From Ginglymostoma cirratum (Eukaryota): 64,000 nt of DNA. Numbering within the stretch: position 1 is the first letter of the stretch; each line of letters starts with the position of its first letter. Below the pieces are notes generated by a model. It saw nothing but the letters and a program-made list of their open reading frames with translations, was not told the DNA's origin and made no database searches. Location of the stretch: contig JAHRHZ010000085.1 in NCBI GenBank assembly GCA_024137785.1, forward strand, positions 2,232,279-2,296,278. The letters are read 5' to 3'. Of this stretch, positions 26,490 through 36,894 are shown in pieces. Both the position numbers and the translations under genes were made by a program.

Positions 26490-27265
26490 AAAGAGAGTTT
26501 ATGGCCACTGACCCAGCAACATTGTAGGAACTGAGATAACTTTCCAAGTGTCATGCGGAGTTACTTGGAGGGCAATTTTCAGGTGATTGTGGTCCCATGT
26601 ATCTGCTGCCTTGTTATTTAAGATGGTAGTCATGATGGTTTTGGAAGGTGATCGCCAAAGATCCCCACATTTGTCAGCAGAAACCTAGATATTGTCCAAG
26701 TTTTACCACATTTGCCAATGAACTGTTTCAGTAACTGAGGAAAACTGAAAGAACTGCAGATGTTGTAAATCAGGAACAAAAACAAAGTTGCTGGAAAAGC
26801 TCAGCAGGTCTGGCAGCATTTGTAAAGGAGAAAACAGAATTAATGTTTCGGGTCACCGGACCTGACACGTTAACTCTGTTTTCTCCTTCACAGATGCTGC
26901 CAGACCTGCTGAGATTTTCCATAAACCGTGTTTTTGTGTCAGTTACTGAATACTTGTGAATGGAGCTGATCATTATGCAATTATCAGTGAACATCCTGAA
27001 CACTGTTGAAGTAGGGGAAGGAAGGGAATTGATGAAGCAGGTGGAGGTGTTTGGGCCTAGGACATGAACCCAAGGACTTCCAGAAGAGATATCTTGCAGC
27101 TGAAATACAACAACCTGAGCCATCTTCCTTTGTGCTAATATAACACTGACCAGTGGAGATTTCCCCCGATCCCCATTTACTCCAGTTTTGCTTGAGCTCC
27201 TTGATTCCAAACACAGTCAAATGTGGCCTTGATGTCAAGGGAAGTCACTCCTTCCTCACCTTCAG
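26490..27265 (-). mobile_element. CR1/L2-group LINE fragment interrupted by a fold-back element (26745-26940)
   Basis: LDIKATFD and CFINSLPS...MFTDNC motifs, with an inserted inverted-repeat element. Confidence 0.7.
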
Positions 27266-27559
27266 AATTTTTTTTGTTCCATAGAGTCTCGGAGCACAGA
27301 ACCAGTGCCTTCAGTCCAACATGTCTATGCCAACCAAATTTCCCGAAGTAAAATAATCCCATTTGCCTGCACTTGACTCAAATTCTCTAACCCTTTGCTA
27401 TTCATGTACCCGTCCAAATATCCTTTAAATATTTTAACTGTACCTGCATCTATCACATCAGCTTTCCTGCTCCTCTGATGCTGCTTGGCCTGCTGTGTTC
27501 ATTCAGCTCTATACCTTGTTATCTCAGATTCTCCAGCATTTGCAGTTCCTACTATCTCT

Positions 27560-28540
27560 GAAGATTAAATGGGAAGTTTTTTTGGGACTGGTGACTATAA
27601 CTCTGTAAGTTTCAAAGTCATTATGGAAAGGGAAAAGGATCATGCAGAAATGTCTAAATTGGGTGAAGGGCAAATTCAATATCATTAGACAGGATCTGGC
27701 AAACAGTGACTGGGAGCAGCTGCTTGCAAGTCAGTCTGCATCCTTCAGGAGTATAGAGAGTGAATGTGTTGTTCAAGTAAGAAAAGATGAGGTGGTATCA
27801 CATAAAGGAGTCAGTTACAGCAATAAGGAGTGATGATATCCTGAAATGGTCTTCAAATGAAGCCTGGAGGTAGAGACAGCGGTAAGAAGAGCAGTCACAT
27901 TGCTCCGAGTGTATTGTCGGCCCTCAGTCAGTGGGTAATACAGAAGCATGTATGTACACATTTAACAGTACACTGGCTGTGGCCAGCCAACTCGGAGGCA
28001 GCCTGAAGGGAGGAGATTCTGAATGTCTTGTTTATATTATTTTCTTTTCTTTATAACCCCATATATACAGGTTTGTGATCATAATGATAGTAATCGTAAG
28101 GTAAGAATATTAAAGGATTTCATCTTGCCCAAGATTAGTTGGGATAATCATAGTTTAAACAGTTGGGAGGGAACAGATGTTGGAAATCTATTCAGGACAC
28201 TTTTTAAATGACAATATTTAGAACATTCAGAATGTCTGACAAGGGACAGTGCGGTGCTGGATCTAATTCTGGGGAGCAAATCCGGCTGGTGTTTGAGGTG
28301 GTCGTGGCAATACCTTGTAGTGTTAACAGCCACAATAGAGTATGATCCAATGTTTCTCACGGAGAAGGAAAAAATGGTCTGCAAACAAGGGTTTTGCTAC
28401 TGTTATTTAAAAGAGGCAGGATCTGCCCAAAATAGACTGGGAACAGCTGCTTGTGGGTCAATCTAGAGCAGGTGGGTTGCGGATGGGGAGGGAGGGAGGG
28501 GGGAGAACGGAGTTCAAAAATGAAATGGGGAGAGTAGCGC
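27560..28540 (+). repeat. Rearranged CR1 endonuclease-region remnant; inverted paralog of about 53870-54700
   Basis: NWVKGKFNIIRQDL and LDLILG motifs. Shares its internal junction and end sequence with the reverse complement of 53870-54700. Confidence 0.75.
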
Positions 28541-28939
28541 ATTTCCTACGTTTGTACTGAAGTTCAGTACTTGACTGATTTTCAATTCAGTTTCCTGAAT
28601 GAACTGGAATTTGGGCGGAATTCTGCGTATTATCTACGTAGCGTTGTGTGATATCCGATTGCCAATGTGTGCTCAGATTAATACCTGTTGATGACCCTTC
28701 AGTACTTTGCACAATCCTGTACAAATGGAAAAGTTCCTTCATTTTCACTATTTGAATGTGCGGCAGTCATTTACAATTCAGTCCCATCTTCTATATTTAA
28801 CAGAAGAGGGAAATATGTGCATGAGAGACCAACCGGAGACTACACATTTTTCTGATATTACTAATGGCTGACTGTCCTTAGGCATATTCCCTCCATCAGT
28901 TAAATCTGTTGTATTTCTCATTTTCTCAAGAGAAACGGA

Positions 28940-30031
28940 TGTAACTGCACAGAGGCTGGTATCCCATCACCAAGTCCCCCTTTATTTCCATGTGCACAGT
29001 ACACTGGCTGTGGCCAGCCAACTCGGAGGCAGCCTGAAGGGAGGAGATTCTGAATGCCTTGTTTATATTATTTTCTTTTCTTTATAACCCCATATATACA
29101 GAAGTAGTGTTTATTTTCCCCAGCGCCCGTGTTGTGTGCGTATAGGTGCAAGACACAGTGAAAACACCAATTGTATCAACAACGTTATTAATATTCCACC
29201 ACCCGGAAAAACGCCCATGTGGTCAGGGAACCAGTGACAAGCACAGCCCCGGCTGCGGCAATGTTCATGTGGAAGAAAAAGTGAAGGGGAGGGTAGGGAT
29301 CAAATCCAAATAGAATTCGAAGGGGAGATAAAGCACCCCAACCCCTGCGGCGCCCACCTCGCACTAAAGGCATTAAATGTGTAAGTGTGCTCCTCTTACA
29401 GGGACATCCGAGCTCGAACATAGCCGCAGGGGCAGGCAGTCAGTGTAAATGACCCCCCTCCACAGCCTGCTGCCTGGACCTGTTAATGAAGAGTTTGACC
29501 AGGCCCAGGAGCAGACCCACGTGTGGATCCTCTGACCTGTCAACCCCCGCTCCACTCCGGGTGCCCAAATATCAGGAGCGTGGGGCTGAAGTGCAGCCAG
29601 AAACACAAAAGGAGGGCTTTAAGATATCTGAAAAGGAAGTGCAAACGCCCACACCCAATATCCACATGGTCCACGGACTCCACAGCGCCACAAAACAGAC
29701 AGTTGGGCTGGGAATCCGGGAACCACTGCAATCTGCAGTTACATGGGACTGCCGTGTGCACAATCCCTCCCCGACATCCTCGAGGGAAAGGCGGATGGCT
29801 CCTGCATCGAGAGCCCACCTCTGCGGATCCCCGCCGCCCGGTGGTAAATGGGCATGACAAGGTGTGCCCGGGCGGTGGGTGAAGGAGAAGACGTGGATGA
29901 TGTACAGCAGCAGTCTGTACAAGGCTTGCCCTGTTTATATTGGTCAGCCAGGGCTCCCTGATTGGCCCAGGTTTACAACCTCAGTCAAAGATCTCACAGT
30001 CAATAAAATTCACCTGGTTCCAATCACTACA
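28940..30031 (-). mobile_element. Solo LTR (minus orientation) split by a Tx1 insertion
   Basis: TGTA...TACA termini. On the minus strand CCAAT, TATA (AATATAAA) and AATAAA occur in that order. No clear TSD. Confidence 0.65.
29070..29931 (-). mobile_element. Tx1/L1-clade non-LTR retrotransposon 3' fragment
   Basis: CLFCGAVESVDHVDIGC zinc knuckle followed by FWLHFSPTLLIFGHP, an A-rich tail, and TSD TGTTTATATT (29060-29069 and 29932-29941). Confidence 0.85.
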
Positions 30032-30569
30032 AAAAACAATCCATGAATTCTCCAGACCACCTCAACTCTGACTTTCCTCTAGCCAGACCTAGGCTATGTT
30101 CCCACCTGAACATGGACCCCCATTCATTCTTCCTGACGTATTTCCAGATTTTTAGATGAATGACAATGGAACAAAGCTCCAGATATTCAATCCCTGGGCA
30201 TTTATTTGATTCCCACTTCCCTACTCTTTCTTATCTTTGGATTTGAATTATTTGCTGTGGAATGTTGTACATTTCCACCTCGTTATGTTTGGAACTGTGA
30301 AGGGATCTTTCCTATTTCTGCTATTTCTCATTATCATGTTGCTTTTAAACATCAAGAGATGGAAATACTGCAACCATTCCCATGTGTATATTTTAGGACA
30401 CTTGGCATAAGGTTATAATCACGCTTTTCAACCATTGCACTGCCCCAACACTCTCAGACTGATATCCATTATTGGATGAGCTGACATTACATTTCCTCCA
30501 TCAAAATATTTAGTCTTCACCACCGATACCATTTCGATATCACAGAGTCCATCTATTTCGTTAGATGAT

Positions 30570-31030
30570 GTTCCTGAAGTAAGAGTGTTTGAGCTCTAGG
30601 GAGAGGTTGAACAGACTGGGACATTTCCCTTGCAGTGTCAGAGGCTGAGGACTGACAGTATAGAGGCTTATAAAATCATGAGGCATGGGTAGGGTGAACT
30701 GCCAAGGTCTTTTCTCCAGGGTAGGAGGGATCAAAACTTGACAGTATAGGTTTAAGCTGAGAGGGAAACATTTAAAAGTGACGTAAGGAACAACATTTTC
30801 GCACAGAGGGTGGCGCGTGTATTGACTGAGCTGCCAGACAAAGTGATGGAGGCTAGAATCATTACAACATTTAAAAGAGATCTGGATGGGTACATGGATC
30901 GGAAGGGTTTAGAGGAATATGGGTTAAGTACTGACAAATGGGACTAGTTTAATTTAAGGATATCTGGTCAGCATGAATGAGTTGGACCGAAGGGTCTGTT
31001 TCCGCGCTGTACAACTCTGTGGCCCTACGA
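30570..31030 (+). mobile_element. CR1-type LINE 3' end
   Basis: Homologous to 15070-15580. Confidence 0.8.
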
Positions 31031-31415
31031 CAGGTTTTCTACAATGCACGTACAAGCATGGCTCAGGATTAATATCAAAGGAAAGAAGAAATTCTAACCA
31101 ATGTCAGATGGTTAATGCTGTTCCAAGTTCGAAGGTAACAATTTGAATTTAAGTATCGTAAGTATCACAGTCTGGAATCAAGGTAAATATCGACTCAAAC
31201 TTTCCATCAGCCCCATACTTCACTTGCATTTGAAAATGTAATTAATGACATGTATCCAGTATGTTGCCATTTTCCCAAGTCGTTGATATGTTTGAAACCT
31301 CATGTCATTAAAAGTCCACTGCAGCAGTTTATAAAGTTATTAGGGGCATAAGTAAGGCTGGTAGGGATAAACCTCTCCCCTTAGTGGAGGCATCAATAAC
31401 AAGGTGCGTCGATTT

Positions 31416-31641
31416 NNNNNNNNNNNNNNNNNNNNNNNNNNNNNNNNNNNNNNNNNNNNNNNNNNNNNNNNNNNNNNNNNNNNNNNNNNNNNNNNNNNNN
31501 NNNNNNNNNNNNNNNNNNNNNNNNNNNNNNNNNNNNNNNNNNNNNNNNNNNNNNNNNNNNNNNNNNNNNNNNNNNNNNNNNNNNNNNNNNNNNNNNNNNN
31601 NNNNNNNNNNNNNNNNNNNNNNNNNNNNNNNNNNNNNNNNN
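31416..31641. other. Assembly gap (226 N)
   Basis: N run. Confidence 0.99.
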
Positions 31642-31756
31642 CATGTCATTAAAAGTCCACTGCAGCAGTTTATAAAGTTATTAGGGGCATAAGTAAGGCT
31701 GGTAGGGATAAACCTCTCCCCTTAGTGGAGGCATCAATAACAAGGTGCGTCGATTT

Positions 31757-31893
31757 NNNNNNNNNNNNNNNNNNNNNNNNNNNNNNNNNNNNNNNNNNNN
31801 NNNNNNNNNNNNNNNNNNNNNNNNNNNNNNNNNNNNNNNNNNNNNNNNNNNNNNNNNNNNNNNNNNNNNNNNNNNNNNNNNNNNNNNNNNNNN
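31757..31893. other. Assembly gap (137 N)
   Basis: N run. Confidence 0.99.
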
Positions 31894-34114
31894 GAGGAAT
31901 TTCATTTCATGCAGAGAGTTGTGAGTATCTTGAGCTAACTGTCTAAAAGAGAAATGCAGATTGGAAACCTCAAGACATTTCAGAAAAATTTAGGTGAGTA
32001 CTTGAAACCATGAAGCACACAAAGCTAAGGCCAAGTGCTGGGAAATGGGATTAAATTAAATCAATTCTCGATGACCAGCACAGACAGAATAGCCAAAAGG
32101 CAGCTTTCCTTGCAGTTAAAAAAAAACTGTGACTCTGAATCTCACATGTTTATGTTTATTGTTTATTGTTTAGGTTTGGGATTGTTATGTCCACATCTAC
32201 TGGGAGATCAACACATCATGGTTTATGTTACCTTTCAAAGGCAGTTTCATCAACAAACGTCACACTCAAATAAACACTCCAACCTCCACCAACTGTGGCT
32301 CAGCCATGCAGGAGTCAGATTTTTTGATGCTATGTGTAATTTATTTAAGAATGCGATCAAAAACTTAGCAATGAGAAATGAAATTAAGCGGATCGAATAT
32401 TAGCAAAAATGTTGACTTTGACTTTGTCAATTTTTAATTTTTTGATCATATATCATTTCTCAAAATTAATCTTAATCTTTTCATCTTAATCTTACTTTTA
32501 ATCTTAAGAATGCTGAACCATAAAGGGAGGTATGTTATATTTCCAGAATATCAGTCCCAGCAATTAAAACCTAGGCAGAATGTGAAGTATATCACTTTTA
32601 GTAAAAGTGCAGTGCAGTTAAAGTATTAAATAAGGAAGGCATTTCACAATATCTTGGTGTATTGTTTGGAAGTTCCAAGATTCAACTGGTACAGAGGAAA
32701 ACATGAAATAAATTGCAGAAAGTTTAGATATCGTGAAACAGAATCTTTTGCTGAGGATATGATGTATAATGGTGCAAATGTAAAATTAGAGTTAGGTAAT
32801 TCAGATCAAAATCAGTCACAATGGTGGTGGTCGAGAGTGACAAATGCATCAGGGGTAAGCATAGCAGGTGGGTGAGGAGTTATGGGGAAAGGTTGATGAG
32901 GAGCAGTGACAGGAGGTATATGGATGTGAGGGGAAGATGGGTTGGATGGGGTCAGATGTATAGGTCTGTAGTGGGAGTGTTAGATATCTGTCTGCATGGC
33001 TTAGTTCCATTGGGTGAGGATCAGTTTCCTAGAGCAGTTAAACAAGTTAAACAGATCTGGTAAGACGGAGCTGTCTGTTGGGGTGGGATGAGGTCTGTTA
33101 AACAGGAGTCAAGAGTTTTCATTCGACAGGAGTTACAGCAAGTTTTATTCTGATAGGGTTTTTTTCCTCATCACACACAGAAACATGGAATGTAGGAGCA
33201 GAAGTAGGCCATTTGGCTCTTTGAGCCTAGTCAATTCTATACAATCCTGGATGATCATCCAATTCAATCCCCTGTTCCTGCTTTCTCCCTGGATCTGATG
33301 ATCCATTAAGAACTATATCTACAGTTTCCATGTAATTCACAAGTAATAGGTAAATAACAAACAGAGATAATGCTCAAGAATCTCAGTATGTTTCGCAGCA
33401 CCTTTGTGCAAACACAAAGAAATAGAGTTAACATTTCCCATCCATCTGACTCTTCTTCTGAGCTGCTAAGTTATCCGGAACCCTTGAAGCCCCTGAGATC
33501 TGTTTCAGTGGCCTCCAGCACGAGGCGACTTCCCACCAGAAATGTAAACATCCCAGACACTTAACACAATGTCAGTAAGTCATGACTTCCAGACATCCCA
33601 GTTGCACCCAGTCTCCAAGTATCCAGGGTCTGGAAAAACTGAGCTTCGTACAAATTCCCAATGGTTGTTGTTGTGTTGGTGAATGACTAAAGACAACTCA
33701 TACTTGTTAATATGATTTCTTTTCCTGTACATTTTAATACAACACATTTTACCACGCCTCAAACTGGACATTCACCAAAGGTGAACATGGTGTGAGAAAT
33801 ATTTCTCAGATACCAGAAAGCCAATTGTTTCTTCGTATATTCTTCATATAACAAAAAAAAATTTGCTGAAAATTACCTTATGCATTTCTAATTAGTTAAT
33901 AAATAGACCACAGGCTGACATGCATGCATGTACAACCCAGTTAAAGTCTATCCATCAAAGTAAGCTGCCATCTGTGGTAACTGACAGCAGGTTTGTGCTG
34001 AGAAAATGTGCAACATGGAGCCATCCACATGTGGGTTTATTGTGTAATACTTAGCTTTCAAATGAACTTATAGGCAATTGAAAATATTGTAGAGCTGAGC
34101 TCAATACATGAAAC

Positions 34115-34480
34115 GCAGGGAGGTGATGGCCTCATGACATTATCACTGGACTGTTAATCCCGATGCCCAGGCAATGTTCTGGGGACCTGGGTTTGAATCC
34201 CATGATGGCAGATGGTGGAATTTGAATTCAATAAAACGTCTGGAATTAAGAGTCTGATGATGACCATGAGACCATTGTACAATTGTCAGGAACAGCCCAT
34301 CTGGTTCACTGATGTCCTTCAGGGAATGAAATGGCCATCTTTACCTGGACTGGCCTACATGTGACTCCAGATCTATAGGAAAGAGGTTGACTTTTACCTG
34401 CCCTTTGGGCAATTGGGGATGGGTAATAAATGCTGGCCTGGCTCGTGATGTCTTCATCCGATCAATGAATAGAAAAACAA
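34115..34480 (+). mobile_element. tRNA-derived SINE (family 2), near full length
   Basis: A-box-like TGGCCTCATGAC, B box GGTTTGAATCCC, LINE-like tail GGGCAATTGGGGATGGGTAATAAATGCTGGCC and an A-rich end. Confidence 0.75.
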
Positions 34481-36839
34481 ATTTCCTTTAAAAACATAAT
34501 TGTTTAGTTTAATTATTCTATTATTGAGCATCTAAGCTTTGGAATGCTTTCGATTACACTTACCTATGTATTGTGTCATTGAACTGCACAGTTGCTGGCT
34601 CTCTTTCCACTCCAGGACTCATGTTCAATGATTCGAACACCATTGCAGCAGATCGCATTTCTGCAGCCAGTCCTTTTACATTTACTGATCGATGGAAAAC
34701 AAAAAGCACATGCATGACAGGACAAGGAGACACCACCTTTGTAATAGTAGGGTCAAGTTATGATTCAAATCTCATGGCTTAAATTTCAAAATAAATTTCA
34801 ACAGTTTTGAGAAAAGCCAAGTATTTCAACAACACAGCAACACCTGGAAGACCACACATCACAAATATAATGCTGAAGACATTTTAATTCAGTCCATATG
34901 ATCTCCAGTAATAGAGGATTTCTGAAATGATAATACACAGCTCACATGTATCGATTCTTGGCTGGAAAATTTAAAATCGAATTTTCTCCAAGACTGCCTT
35001 GGCTCTGACTTATTTACCTACCTGGGATTTGTTCTGCTGAATATTGCTAAATGCAATTCATGATTCTTTTCTCTGTACCCCATGTGTACACAGCTGGTCA
35101 TCTCACTGACTGCTCACAGTTAGTCGTCCTGAAGAAACAAGTGATGAGCCATCTTCTGGAACTGGTGCAGTCAATGTGGTTCAGGTCTATCCAATACGCT
35201 GCTACGAAGGGGATAGGTAATTTGAATCCAGGAGCATCTCAGATGATTACAATTCTAAGGTGGGTGATCCATAGCATGACTCAGGACTGCCTATCTTCTA
35301 TCCAAGGGGTACAATTGCATAGTATTATGGAGTATTTCCAATTACCATTCCCGAGATGAATGCAGCAGTAACAGAACTCTAGAGAGTGACATTGTCCTGG
35401 ACAAAGCAGTACACTTAATCTGAAGACGTATTGTTTTAAATTATCGTTTTAACTCATAAGTAATAAGAGCACTTCAGAAGGAAACAAACTGATCTAGACA
35501 GTCTTTAACAGGCATTTGCAAAGACAGTGACTTAATACGATTAACACATATGAGCTTGTTACATGTTTAAACTGAAAACCTTCATTTCATACTAAACTTC
35601 CTTCCGAACATCTCTGTGAAAAATGGATCGCAACAATTTGAAACAATTACTGATTCACAGCCTGAGACATGTTCCAAGACCCTTGTAATGCCACGGATTT
35701 GATGGATTCCCGAGACAGAATATACTCAATGCGGTTTCCTCATGATGAGAGCATATCTCGACAGATCTAATATGGAACATTGGAAAGAAGGTTGCTGAAG
35801 CACTAGAAAAATGAGATAAATGAATCATTCAATAATCGGTTTGTATGCCATGTCAATTAAAGGAACAATGTCACGGATTACAAGAATTTGAAATATACTT
35901 AAACAGAATAACGTAAAGAACCCAACATGAAGATCAAATACTCTCGATTTTAAATTTGTAGAGGCATTTAAAAAGTAATAACAAAAGGGATTTCAGCAGG
36001 TTAATCTGATATTGCTGCTCAGTTCTTTAGGATATAGGAGTGAGAGGTGCATAATTGTTTCCCACTTTCCTGCTTGCATTCCAGATGCAGCAGCAGTTTC
36101 GCCTCCATGGCCTTCAAATTGCTACAATTACAGTGGGCTGCTTCTTCCCAACATTTCATTTTAAGAAGTTAACAACACTGAAAACCAAAAGCACTTGCCT
36201 CTGCCTGCCGAACAAAGAGCCGAAAAATCAAATCACACTATCGAGGAATTAACGTGAAGCATTGCAGATTACAGCACTTCAAATGCACATCCAAGCAAAA
36301 ACAACTTGTGAAAGTGTCAAAGTTGAGTGTCTCTGATACTTGTTCAGGAAACGTGTTCCAGATAGCTACCACATTCTGGGACAAACTGTTTCATCATCCT
36401 CCCCGGTAAGCTTTTCCATCAATGTCTTTAAATCTATAACCCCCAAATCACTGACCTCAATATGAAGGTTACTGAACTTTTCCCCATCTAGTATGTCTCA
36501 GCTCATCTCAGTTTTGCGCATCCCAGTGAAATTCCCGCTCAGACTCATATTCTTTCCATGGTAAAATCTTCATCTCATCCAATCACGTCCTAACAACAGC
36601 CTCCTAAATACCTTCTGTACCTTCTCTCGTGTTGTCATTTTTGTGGCAGTTTCCGGTTACAAAACTAACAGATCTTATTTGAAAAGGCATGCGTTTTTTT
36701 TTCACTAAGAAAATAGTCCTGTGCTCGTTGAAGCACACATACATTTGTGATTATATTGGAGACAGAGGCAAGCATTCGAGAGGCAGTTGTCTATCCTGTT
36801 CTCAGTCACAACTTATCGTCTCAGAATTTCACGGCCAAT

Positions 36840-36894
36840 ATGTCAATGCGTCATTCACTATGGGATGTCTGTCTGCTGGGCATCTTGTGTGCAG
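36840..36894 (+). CDS. Exon 1: signal peptide MSMRHSLWDVCLLGILCA
   Basis: ATG, hydrophobic core, phase-1 donor GCAG|gtactc. The paralog has the same 55-nt length and a homologous sequence (60068-60122). Confidence 0.8.

Noticed and set aside
31301-31756. Identical 115-bp direct repeat (31301-31415 and 31642-31756)
   Set aside because: Each copy ends at an N gap and they are fully identical, so this is most likely a gap-filling artefact.
33580-33771. Minus ORF with an Ulp1/C48-like HW motif (VIHQHNNNHWEFV)
   Set aside because: Single short motif with no catalytic Asp/Cys context visible.
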